A DNA stretch of 64,000 nt from an uncultured delta proteobacterium (GTDB lineage Bacteria; Myxococcota_A; Polyangia; Polyangiales; Polyangiaceae): NCBI GenBank assembly GCA_963696385.1, contig CAVOKF010000001.1, forward strand, positions 1 to 64,000, read 5' to 3'. Under the pieces are notes generated by a model, which was not told the origin of the DNA, did not search any database, and saw nothing but the letters and a program-made list of their open reading frames with translations. The translations under genes and the position numbers were made by a program. Numbering within the stretch: the first letter of the stretch is position 1; each line of letters opens with the position of its first letter. This document shows positions 51,110 through 60,220 of this stretch, piece by piece.

Positions 51110-51533
51110 CGCGGCTCCAACGATCTGCGCCGCGCCCCCAGGAACGTGGCCGCCCCGCACCAACGCGCAGCTGGTTCGAATTAGCACGAACACCCGTGGC
51201 GTTTTGACGAACTCATCGCGACGATTTGTGTCACCCATCCAAACACGCGGCTCGCGCGCCCGGACGCCCTTCGGGGACACGTCTGCCATCGGTGAACATT
51301 TGCTTCGGAACCGGGTATTTGCCGAATATTTGCCGAGGGAGGCTTCGCGACTCAGACCCTCTCACCGCCAGCCCAATGCCCAAATGCCGGCCGGCCGTGT
51401 GGCGACGCGCAACGGGTGCGCCTGCGTGCATCCTTGTGCGGTCCGGCCGTCCTCGCCTCAGGACGGCGGAGGGGATTCTGCCTGGCGGCGCCGTGTGGGA
51501 TGTTCAGGCACGGCGCGTGCCTGGCGGCCGGTC

Positions 51534-53033
51534 ATGGTCAGCGTTGCGCTTCCGACGGACCCGCAACTCCGGGGCGCTTTCGACGCCCTCGTGGCGCTTC
51601 GGGCCGAGATGATCGCCCGCGAAGACGGCCTTGCCCCCGTTGTCGACCGCATCAAGAGCCGCTGCAACCTGGTCCACTACTTGGTGTTGCGTGGGCGGGA
51701 CATGCGCCCCTTGCAGGAGACCCTGGCGAGGCACGGCCTGTCGTCGCTGGGTCGGTGCGAAGCGCATACCCTTGCGAGTGTCGATGCGGTGCTCCGCATT
51801 CTGGCGCGCCTGCTCGCCGCCGATCTCGTGTTGCCCGAGCACCCTCGGGCGCCCGGCTTCGACGAAGGTCCTCTGCTGCTCGAAGCCAACGCATGCGCTT
51901 TGTTTGGCCCGACTCCGCCGAAGAGAGCCGTCCGGATCATGGTGACGTTGCCCTCCGACGCGGCCTACGACGCGGCGCTCGTCACCGACCTCATCGCGCA
52001 AGGCACCAACGCCGTTCGAATCAACTGCGCTCACGACGACCCGCAAACGTGGGCACGCATGGTCGAGCACGTCCGAACCGCCCGGCGAAGGGCCGACCGG
52101 CCGTGCGCGATCCACTTCGATTTGTGCGGCCCGAAACTGCGTACGGGAGCCGCCGCCCGTCCCATCCCCCTCAAGGCTGGCGATCTCATCGTACTCACCA
52201 AGAGCCCTCAATCCGCGCCGGCAACCGTCACGCCGCCCCGAATCCCATGCACGCTGCCCGCGGCCCTCGAACAAGTCCGATCGGGGGAACGCGTTTGGTT
52301 CGACGACGGCAAGCTCGGCGGCGTGGTGGAGGACGTGTTGCCGGAAGGGGTGTCGGTCCGCATCACCTACGCGCGCAAGGGCCAGCGCAAACTACTGCCC
52401 GATCGAGGGATCAATTTCCCCGAGAGTGCGATCGACATCGACGGCTTCACCGACAAAGATCGCGAGGATCTGGCGTTGGTCGTGCGCTACGCCGACTCGG
52501 TCGGGCTCTCGTTCGCGCAACGCGTCGTCGACGTGGGGGCCCTTCAACGAAGGCTCGCTGAGCTCGGCGCTCCCCGTCTCGGGCTCGTGCTGAAGATCGA
52601 GACCCGTCGCGGCTTCGAGGCCCTGCCCCAGTTGCTGCTCGAGCCGGTGGGCGAGCACCCGCTCGGGGTCATGATCGCGCGCGGCGATCTCGCGCTCGAA
52701 GTGGGCTATGAGCGTCTGGCCGAGGTGCAGGAGGAGGTCCTGTGGCTTTGCGAAGCCGCCCACGTTCCCGTGATCTGGGCGACTCAGGTCCTCGAGAGTG
52801 TGTCCAAGAACGGAATGCCGACCCGCGCCGAGATCACCGACGCGGCCATGTCGCAGCGCGCCGAGTGCGTCATGCTCAACAAAGGCGCTCATGTCGTGAA
52901 GACCGTGCACGTTCTCGACGACATTCTGCAACGTATGGAGGCGCATCAGAGAAAGAAGAGCGCGACACTCCGGCCGCTCCGGGTCTCCTCCGGGTCAAAC
53001 GACGTTTCGTCGGCCGAGGGATTGGCCGAATGA
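51534..53033 (+). CDS. pyk: Pyruvate kinase (lacks usual C-terminal domain, extra N-terminal region)
   Basis: RIMVTLP, RINCAHD, DL.GPKLRTG, LKIET, MIARGDLALE, WATQVLES, PTRAEITDAA, ECVMLNKG. Confidence 0.9.
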   Translation: MVSVALPTDPQLRGAFDALVALRAEMIAREDGLAPVVDRIKSRCNLVHYLVLRGRDMRPLQETLARHGLSSLGRCEAHTLASVDAVLRILARLLAADLVLPEHPRAPGFDEGPLLLEANACALFGPTPPKRAVRIMVTLPSDAAYDAALVTDLIAQGTNAVRINCAHDDPQTWARMVEHVRTARRRADRPCAIHFDLCGPKLRTGAAARPIPLKAGDLIVLTKSPQSAPATVTPPRIPCTLPAALEQVRSGERVWFDDGKLGGVVEDVLPEGVSVRITYARKGQRKLLPDRGINFPESAIDIDGFTDKDREDLALVVRYADSVGLSFAQRVVDVGALQRRLAELGAPRLGLVLKIETRRGFEALPQLLLEPVGEHPLGVMIARGDLALEVGYERLAEVQEEVLWLCEAAHVPVIWATQVLESVSKNGMPTRAEITDAAMSQRAECVMLNKGAHVVKTVHVLDDILQRMEAHQRKKSATLRPLRVSSGSNDVSSAEGLAE

Positions 53034-53062
53034 CGTCCTGACCGGGTAGCCTAATCGGAGAC

Positions 53063-53785
53063 ATGCCCGCGCCTCCTTCCGTCCCGTCGTGGCAGCTCGC
53101 GTTCCACGACCGCGTGGACCCACACCGGCGCGGTTCCTCCCTTTCCGACATCATTCTCGGCGGCCAAGACGCCATCGTGAATATCCTGGGCGTATTGCTC
53201 GGCGTCGCTGCGGCGAGCGACAGCAAGCGCCTTGTGTTCGCCGCCGGACTCGCGACCGCTTTCGCGGAGTCGCTCTCGATGGCCGCCGTCGCCTACACCA
53301 CCAACATCGCGCAGGGCGACGTGTATCGCAGTGAGCGCGAGCGCGAATACCGCCACGTGCGCACGGTACCGGCGGTCGAGCGCGAAGAAGTGCGGCAGCT
53401 CTACGCGCGAAAAGGGTTCGACGGAGAACTGCTCGATCGCATCGTCGATCGCATCACGGCCGATCCGGACGTTTGGGTCGCGGTGATGATGACCGAGGAG
53501 CATCGCCTCACGCCGATCGACCGGCCGCGCGCCTTGCGTTCTGCCGTGGTCGTCGGACTGGCGTCGATCGTCGGGTCTCTCTTGCCCCTGTCGCCGTTCG
53601 TGTTTCTCGGCACGCACGCCGCGGCTTGGGCAACGGTCGTCGTGGCAGCCGGCATGCTCTTCGGCGTGGGCGCGTACAAGGCGCGTGCGACCCTGGGGCG
53701 GCCCTGGAAGTCGGGATTGGAGATGACCGCAATCGGAATGGCCAGTGCCCTCGCGGGCTGGGCTGTGGGGGCGTTGTTCCGGTAA
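53063..53785 (+). CDS. VIT1/CCC1 family Fe/Mn transporter
   Basis: DIILGGQDAIV, AESLSMAA, ERE..EREEVRQLY..KG, MMTEE. Confidence 0.9.
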   Translation: MPAPPSVPSWQLAFHDRVDPHRRGSSLSDIILGGQDAIVNILGVLLGVAAASDSKRLVFAAGLATAFAESLSMAAVAYTTNIAQGDVYRSEREREYRHVRTVPAVEREEVRQLYARKGFDGELLDRIVDRITADPDVWVAVMMTEEHRLTPIDRPRALRSAVVVGLASIVGSLLPLSPFVFLGTHAAAWATVVVAAGMLFGVGAYKARATLGRPWKSGLEMTAIGMASALAGWAVGALFR

Positions 53786-53802
53786 GCCTCGGATCGCCCC
53801 CG

Positions 53803-54627
53803 ATGCGTTCGATCCCCTGCGCCATCGCCTTTGTCGTCGGCCTGAGCCTGGCCGCCGATTCGGCGCAGGCCCAAGACCCCTTCGAGATCGAGGTCTACGA
53901 TGCCACGGCCAACCCCGTGGGCATCGCCGGACTCGAGCTGCACTTGAACGATTGGGTCACCGGTCATCGCTTTCCGACCGGGTCGGAAGCTCCGCTGCAC
54001 GGACAGTTTCACGCGACGTTCGAACCATCGTGGGGAGTCCTGCCGTTCTGGGAAGTGGGGGCGTACGTGCAGTTCGCCGTGAGATCCGACGACGGCGTCG
54101 CGGACTGGGCGGGTGCGAAGCTCCGCTCGAAATTCGTGACGCCGCCGACCTGGGACGCCCACTGGCGCCTCGGGATCAATCTCGAGGTCTCGTACCTTCC
54201 GGCCACCTACGACGCGAACCGCTGGGGCAGCGAAGTGCGGCCCATCGTGGCCTACGAAGACGAGCACTGGCTTTTCGCATTCAATCCCATTTTCGATCAG
54301 GCGCTCGCCCGGCCGGGTGCGTCGGACGGCCCCGTGTTCGATCCCGCGCTCAAAGCCGCGCGCAAGGTCGGGCCGGTCGCGCTGGGCTTCGAGTACTACG
54401 GCGGCATCGGTCCGGTCGCATCGCCGCTGCCTCTGGCCGACCAGACGCACCTGTTGTTCGAAGTGATCGATCTGCTCTCGATCGAGCACGTTGAGCTGAA
54501 TCTCGGCCTGGGCGAAGGCCTGACGCCGTCGAGCGCCGGGACGATCGTCAAGGCCATCCTCGGCTACACGTTCGAAAAGTCGGCGACGCCGCCACCCCCG
54601 CCGGTTCCGCAGAGGATCGCGCGGTAG
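53803..54627 (+). CDS. Exported beta-barrel-like protein
   Basis: Signal peptide ..AQA/QDPFEIEVY; alternating aromatic strands; LGYTF near end. Confidence 0.7.
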   Translation: MRSIPCAIAFVVGLSLAADSAQAQDPFEIEVYDATANPVGIAGLELHLNDWVTGHRFPTGSEAPLHGQFHATFEPSWGVLPFWEVGAYVQFAVRSDDGVADWAGAKLRSKFVTPPTWDAHWRLGINLEVSYLPATYDANRWGSEVRPIVAYEDEHWLFAFNPIFDQALARPGASDGPVFDPALKAARKVGPVALGFEYYGGIGPVASPLPLADQTHLLFEVIDLLSIEHVELNLGLGEGLTPSSAGTIVKAILGYTFEKSATPPPPPVPQRIAR

Positions 54628-54653
54628 GGCTCGGCCCGACCAATCCCGGCCGG

Positions 54654-55910
54654 TCACTTCGGAATCTTCAAGAGCACGCCGTTCGACGACCCCGGGGTGG
54701 TCGGGACGACGAGGTAGGCGCTCGTGTCGTCGATCGCGAGGGCAACCGTCGGTTCGGTCCCCCCGCTATTTCCGCAACCAACGGCGCCGTTCGTGGCGGT
54801 GGTGGCTCCGAGGTTGCCCGCCAGGCGCATCGGTGCGCCGCCGTCGCCGGTGGGGAACTGCCAGAGGCTCTCGTCGGTCGCGACGTACACGGACGACGAG
54901 TCGGCCGCGATTTGAACCGGCTGCTCGGAGGTGACGAGGGTCGCGAGCGTCGTCACGCCGCCGCCGGTCTCGGGAACGCGACTCACCTGAAGCACGCAGG
55001 TACTCGCGTTGTCGTTGCCCATCGTGACGCTGCCGCTCGTGGCCCAGTACACATCCAATCCGTCCGTCGCGATCGCGTTGGGGCAGCCGTTGGCGTTCGG
55101 GGCGATCGTCGTTACCGTCCCGCCCGCGATCGGTGCTCGATCGATCTCGCATGGGCCGTTCGGTAGGGTGACCACCGCGTAGATCCCGTTGGCGTCGACC
55201 GCGAAGCTTGCGTTGGCATTGCCGAAGCTCGCGACGACGGACACGGCGCCGCCGCTCGTCGGTACGCTGCCCACTTGAAAGGTCCCGTTGACGTTCCAGG
55301 ACAGGAAGATCGTGGCTTGAAAAATGACCATGGACGACAACGAGCCGACGTTGCTCGTCGCCGGGAACGTCCCGACGGCGGACGGCGGCGAGGCGCTCGC
55401 GTCGGGCGCATTCGTCGGACTCGCGGCGACGTACCAGCCGCCCGTGCCCGTGAGGTTCTGCGCCAGGTAATAGATGGCGGAGTCGTCGACCGCGAAGGGC
55501 ATGTCGGTCGATCCACCCTGCTGCGACGGCGTGACGGCGGTAACCGGACTGCCCCCGGCTTTCGGGACGTCCTCGATCAGGGGGTTGGCCGACGACCAAA
55601 AGAAGACGTCGTCCGAATTGATCGCGATGGGTCCGGGAACCACGCCGGTCGACAGCGTGAGGGGACTGGTCGTGCACGAGCCGTTTTCGCAGCGTGCGCC
55701 CTGGTCGCATGCCGCTCCGCACATCGAGCAGTTCTGCGGATCGCTCGTGATGTCGGTTTCGCACTGATCCGGGGTCGAGCAGCTCGCAAACCCGACGGTG
55801 CAGGGATAGGGACCGTCGAACGACGGGGTGCACCCCTGCGCGAGGGCGGTCGAGGCCGCAGCCAGAACCGCGCATCCGATCGCCGCGCGCGCCGTCCCTG
55901 TGAGCGGCAT
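54654..55910 (-). CDS. Lipoprotein with Cys-rich motif and beta-propeller-like repeats
   Basis: AQGC lipobox; CETDITSDPQNCSMCGAAC; repeated IA.D...VYW..P..GG. Confidence 0.8.
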   Translation of the reverse strand: MPLTGTARAAIGCAVLAAASTALAQGCTPSFDGPYPCTVGFASCSTPDQCETDITSDPQNCSMCGAACDQGARCENGSCTTSPLTLSTGVVPGPIAINSDDVFFWSSANPLIEDVPKAGGSPVTAVTPSQQGGSTDMPFAVDDSAIYYLAQNLTGTGGWYVAASPTNAPDASASPPSAVGTFPATSNVGSLSSMVIFQATIFLSWNVNGTFQVGSVPTSGGAVSVVASFGNANASFAVDANGIYAVVTLPNGPCEIDRAPIAGGTVTTIAPNANGCPNAIATDGLDVYWATSGSVTMGNDNASTCVLQVSRVPETGGGVTTLATLVTSEQPVQIAADSSSVYVATDESLWQFPTGDGGAPMRLAGNLGATTATNGAVGCGNSGGTEPTVALAIDDTSAYLVVPTTPGSSNGVLLKIPK

Positions 55911-55912
55911 CC

Positions 55913-57637
55913 TCACAGCCCTCCGGTGCGCAGTCCGAAGGGCGTTGCACGTTCCCGCCGGCATCGCGCGTTCGGCTCGTAGAACGCGCCGATCTGGAGT
56001 GTGCCGGCCGGCCCTCCCCCGTTCGCGTCGCTTTGGCCCCACAGGTCGGCGACGACCCGTGCCCCCCAGTCGCAGAGAGGCTGGATGTCGATGGCCGCCC
56101 ACGTGCCGTATGTGGCCTGAACGCGGCCGGTTTGAACGTCTTTGATGTCGAGTTCGATCGTTCCGACCTCGGGGCCCACGTTCAAAGCCACCGCATCGAT
56201 AGGGATTCTCAGCGCGATCCGCACGGTCGACGCATAGGCGGTGACCTGCGCTTGGGCAGGAAGGGCGTAGTTCGTATGGAACGTCGCCCGCTGCATCGTG
56301 CCGGACCCCCAGGCGGTCTGCAGGAACGTTCCGAACCAGCGCGTGATGATCCCACCCGCCAGCGACACGCCGGTCGCTGCGCCCACTCCGCCTCGGTAGG
56401 TTTCGGGCATCTCGTTGGTTCGAAAGCTCGAAGGGTCGAGCATCCAGACGTCGAGGCCGATCCGAAAGCGCCCCGGAGTCCCTTGTGGACCGGCGAAGGC
56501 GAACGGAGCGTCCGACCGAAGCGCACCCGTCAGGTCGACTCCCTTGTCCGGATCCACGACGACGTCGGTTTCGAGCCACGTGCACTCCGGGATGCGGGCG
56601 CGGATCGTATGCCGACCGGCAGCCACGGCGTAGTCCACGTGCTCGACGACGTTATGCCCGAGCGAGTCGCTCCACTTGCGCTTCACGTCCGCTGGCGCGA
56701 GCACGTCGGGGCCGTCGAGATAGAGCACCAACCCGTCTTCGGGGCCTCGCGGCTCCGGCCCGTCACACCCGATCGCCGCGCGGATCTTCGGTTTTTCCGG
56801 CAGGGCGATCCGGTCCAGGACGACGTCGACGGACCGCACCTCGCGGTCCTTGATGACGACCTCGGTCTGAAACGGGCGCATCCCGGGCGCCGTGACTCGG
56901 ATCGCGTGACCGCCGGACGCGACGGCGAGATCGATCATTCCGGTGGCGATCGGCTTGGCGTCGAGCTCGATCGTCGCCCCGGCGGGCGCGCTGACGACGA
57001 GGCGCCCTTCGTGCAACTCCTTGTCGAGCTTCACGTCGAGTTTCACCGTCGCGCTTCCGCCGACCGGCAGCGTCTGCTCGAACGGCCGGAACCCGTCCTT
57101 GACCACACGCAGGTGCCTCTCGCCGATATCGAGGGCCACCGGCCCCGGCAGCGGGGAGACCCCCACGACCGAATCGTCGACGGTGATCTGCGCGCCGTCC
57201 TCGCTCACCTTGAACGTCGCGTCCGTGGTGAACGGCGCCAGGGCCTGGACGAGGTCGCGCGCGTCCTTCTTGTCCTTTTCGGTCAAAGTGCCGGCCCCTT
57301 CGGCCAGGTAGCGATGCAGTGTCGCGATGACCTTCGCGTAGTGCCGCAAATTCTTTTCGCAGAACGCCACGTTCCACAGCAGCCGCACGTCGTGCGATTG
57401 CTCGTAGGCGCTCGAGAACTTGATGAGCGCCCCGGCGAAGTCGCCATCGGACGCCAGCGTTCGGCCGGCCTCGTAGTCGGCCTTGGCCTGACCTGCGAGC
57501 GCTTGCGCCAGGGGCCGCGAGGGCGTCGTGGAGCCGGCGGCCGCCGTCTGCGCGCTCGCGTCCCCCGCGCACGGCAGCCACTGAATCGCGGACACGACGA
57601 CGACGGCCACGCACGGGATGACCGCGCGTTGGGTCAT
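55913..57637 (-). CDS. TPR + PEGA domain protein
   Basis: AKADYEAG..DFAGALIKF..AY..LLWNVA; GAQITVD..VGVSPL..GERHLRVVKDGF. Confidence 0.85.
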   Translation of the reverse strand: MTQRAVIPCVAVVVVSAIQWLPCAGDASAQTAAAGSTTPSRPLAQALAGQAKADYEAGRTLASDGDFAGALIKFSSAYEQSHDVRLLWNVAFCEKNLRHYAKVIATLHRYLAEGAGTLTEKDKKDARDLVQALAPFTTDATFKVSEDGAQITVDDSVVGVSPLPGPVALDIGERHLRVVKDGFRPFEQTLPVGGSATVKLDVKLDKELHEGRLVVSAPAGATIELDAKPIATGMIDLAVASGGHAIRVTAPGMRPFQTEVVIKDREVRSVDVVLDRIALPEKPKIRAAIGCDGPEPRGPEDGLVLYLDGPDVLAPADVKRKWSDSLGHNVVEHVDYAVAAGRHTIRARIPECTWLETDVVVDPDKGVDLTGALRSDAPFAFAGPQGTPGRFRIGLDVWMLDPSSFRTNEMPETYRGGVGAATGVSLAGGIITRWFGTFLQTAWGSGTMQRATFHTNYALPAQAQVTAYASTVRIALRIPIDAVALNVGPEVGTIELDIKDVQTGRVQATYGTWAAIDIQPLCDWGARVVADLWGQSDANGGGPAGTLQIGAFYEPNARCRRERATPFGLRTGGL

Positions 57638-59247
57638 TTCAACTCCATGTGCAGTCCGCCGGTGCTCGTGCTCGCCGGCGGCGGAGCGGCCGGTGCTGTC
57701 GTGGCACGAGCGGCCGTCGCGGGCGCCGGCGCACTGGCGACGGTGTCCTTGGGCGGTGGCGAGTCGATTTCGACCTTCGGCGGCAGGGGTCCGTCCTCGC
57801 CGATCGTGACGTCCGCAGACGCTTGGCGCCGTCCGGCCGACAGGCGGACGCGGTGAACGCTCCCGAGTGGCCCGGTTACCGCCACGACCCCGCCGCGTAC
57901 GGGTGCGTCCGCCCCATCGACCTGGGCTTGCGCGTTCGCCGGAAGCACCACGACGCGCACGGTTCGATCCGGCACCGGCCGTTCCGAGGGCAATGGCGCG
58001 AGCGTTTCGGCGGCCAGGGGCTCCACCCTCGGCACAGGCGCAAGGACCGCTGTCGCCTGGATGGGCTCGCCATGCAATCCGGCCACTCGCCACGCGCCCC
58101 AGGCGAAGACGGCCGCCAGGACCGCTATAACGGGGACGATCCAGGCCGCTCGGGCGGTGCGCGAACGGGCCTTCGGTCGAGTGTGGGTCACTCCCATCAT
58201 CGTGGCGTCGGCCGGCGCCGCCGTTGCGACGACCCGGGGGGCCGGCAGCCCTTCGAACGACGGCGCGGGACTGCGCATTCCGGAAGTCAGCTCGAGCCTC
58301 GGCGCCGCCGAAGCGCAATCCCGGTCCGCCAGGGGCACGAACATCGCCGCCGTGAGCGCGTGTCCGGCCGGCAGCTGCGCGCCGATGGCATCCGCCATCT
58401 CGACCGCGGACGCAAAGCGCTGCGCCGGGTCGAGCGCCAACGCACGATGCACGATGGCGGCCACCTCGGGGGGCACCCAGGGCGCGAGCTCCTGAACATG
58501 GCGAGGAACCGCAGAGCAAATCTGGAGGATGAGTTCCCCGAATGTCTCGACGTGCCCGTGCGGCGTCGAGCCGGTCAACGCCTCGTAAAGCACGACGCCG
58601 AGCGACCAGATGTCGGTGCGATGATCGAGGTCTTTTTTGCCGCGCGCTTGTTCGGGCGACATGTAAATGGGCAATCCGAGCATGGCGCCGGTCTGCGTCA
58701 GCCCGGCCCCTTCGGCCCCCGCGAGCGGGTCTTGGTGGACCTTGGCGATGCCGAAGTCCAAGAGCTTGACGACGATGTCGCCGTCCTCGCGCTTCGCGAG
58801 GAATAGGTTGGCCGGCTTGATGTCCCGATGCACGACGCCCGCCTCGTGCGCCTTGCGCAGCCCGAGGCAGGCTTGCGCGGCGATGCGCAATGCCAGCTCG
58901 GGCGCGACCGCCCCGAGCCTCTCCATCGCCTGCTGCAAGTCCTCGCCGACCAGCAACTCCATCACCGTGTACGGGCCGCCCGTCGCCGGGTCGACGCCCG
59001 TGTCGAGCACCTGCGCGATGTACTGCGACTCGATCGCGCCGCTCGCCATCGCCTCGCGCTGGAATCGGCCGATGACCTCCGGGTTTTGGGTGAGCGACCC
59101 GGTTGCGATGACCTTGACGGCTACGCGCCTGCCGGTCCCGCGGTGGCGGGCTTCGTAGACGGCGCCCATCCCGCCCGCGCCGAGCTGTCGAACGATTTGG
59201 TACTTGCCGTCGAGGATAGCGAGCGGCGGCAGCGCAGCGGATTGCAC
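57634..59247 (-). CDS. Membrane Ser/Thr protein kinase
   Basis: LGAGGMGAVY, VAVK, HRDIKPANLF, DFGIAK, YMSPEQ, DIWSLG. Confidence 0.95.
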   Translation of the reverse strand: MQSAALPPLAILDGKYQIVRQLGAGGMGAVYEARHRGTGRRVAVKVIATGSLTQNPEVIGRFQREAMASGAIESQYIAQVLDTGVDPATGGPYTVMELLVGEDLQQAMERLGAVAPELALRIAAQACLGLRKAHEAGVVHRDIKPANLFLAKREDGDIVVKLLDFGIAKVHQDPLAGAEGAGLTQTGAMLGLPIYMSPEQARGKKDLDHRTDIWSLGVVLYEALTGSTPHGHVETFGELILQICSAVPRHVQELAPWVPPEVAAIVHRALALDPAQRFASAVEMADAIGAQLPAGHALTAAMFVPLADRDCASAAPRLELTSGMRSPAPSFEGLPAPRVVATAAPADATMMGVTHTRPKARSRTARAAWIVPVIAVLAAVFAWGAWRVAGLHGEPIQATAVLAPVPRVEPLAAETLAPLPSERPVPDRTVRVVVLPANAQAQVDGADAPVRGGVVAVTGPLGSVHRVRLSAGRRQASADVTIGEDGPLPPKVEIDSPPPKDTVASAPAPATAARATTAPAAPPPASTSTGGLHMELK

Positions 59248-59452
59248 GAAATGGCCCCTTACTTGCCACGTTACCCGCTCGCACGGGACTGTGAAACCCG
59301 GTTAACCGCTCGAACGACCGCGCCACCTCCCGGAGGGCCGCGGAGGGGGAGGGCGCCTGTCTGCGCCGGCTCACCGCCCGGGTGCGACCCGCACACCCTT
59401 CAGCCCCATGGCGCGGAGCATGCAAGCTTCGAGATCCCAATCGAGGCCACCC

Positions 59453-59605
59453 ATGCTGATGATCATTCTCGTCGTGTGCTTGTTGTTCGCTCTGGGCGCT
59501 GGAGGATGGGGGCATTCTCGTTGGGGCTATACGGGTTGGTCACCGGCGGGGGTGATCGTGGTCGTGCTGGTGGTTCTGTGGGCCACCGGAAACCTGCACA
59601 CGTAG
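59453..59605 (+). CDS. DUF3309-like small membrane protein
   Basis: MLMIILVVCLLFALG..WGHSRWGY..PAGVIVVVLVVL. Confidence 0.7.
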   Translation: MLMIILVVCLLFALGAGGWGHSRWGYTGWSPAGVIVVVLVVLWATGNLHT

Positions 59606-59616
59606 AGCGCCCGCAC

Positions 59617-59709
59617 GACTGGAGCGCCCGTACGAAGGCGACCGGGCGACGGGAGCGCCCGTACGACCGCGGCCGGGCGACTGGAGCGTCCGTACGACCG
59701 CGGCCGGTC
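59617..59709. repeat. 31-bp intergenic tandem repeat x3
   Basis: gactggagcgcccgtacga-(aggcga/ccgcgg)-ccgggc units between convergent genes. Confidence 0.8.
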
Positions 59710-59718
59710 GATGGGGGA

Positions 59719-60216
59719 TTAACGGCCGGGGGGCAAGCCGGCTCCTGCGGCTGGCGGACCGGCTATCGTCTTGACGTTGCGTCCGGTTGGCTCGGTTTCT
59801 CCCTCGGCGTCGAAGACGGCGTGCCCACTGGCCGTGGCGTAGGCCAATGCGGGCGGAGCCGGCAATGGTGCGCCTTTTGCATTTTGCCAAAAGCTGGGCG
59901 CATAGAAGGGTCTGCCGTCCGCGGCTCGAACCAGGACCCAGGGCGCATAGCGGGCGCCGGCGGGCGTTCGAACCCAACGCCCGAGAAGCCAGTACCAGCG
60001 CCCGCGACGCAGCACCCATTCGCCGTTGACCCACGCGTCCGCGCCCGCCGGCCGCGTCGGGATGACTTCGACTCGTCCGGGCGGGGGCCCGAAGGCGACC
60101 GCCGTAAGCGCGGTCGTGGCTTGGGCTGCGTACGGTGGGTGGGGCAGCGACTCGCCGCACGCGCCGCCCGCCACGAGGGGCCAGACGACGAGAAGTCGGG
60201 TCACGCTCCGCCACAT
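59719..60216 (-). CDS. Lipoprotein with YXWGXW-like repeat
   Basis: GGAC lipobox; PPPGRVEVIP..AWVNGEW..GRWYWLLGRW. Confidence 0.7.
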   Translation of the reverse strand: MWRSVTRLLVVWPLVAGGACGESLPHPPYAAQATTALTAVAFGPPPGRVEVIPTRPAGADAWVNGEWVLRRGRWYWLLGRWVRTPAGARYAPWVLVRAADGRPFYAPSFWQNAKGAPLPAPPALAYATASGHAVFDAEGETEPTGRNVKTIAGPPAAGAGLPPGR

Positions 60217-60220
60217 GCCG

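Noticed and set aside
57638..59515. N-terminal extension making a 1200-aa PEGA protein
   Set aside because: It overlaps the kinase gene in another frame; the real start is the ATG at 57637 coupled to the kinase stop.
59617..59709. Mini-CRISPR
   Set aside because: Period is only 31 bp and the intervening 12-mers are nearly identical.
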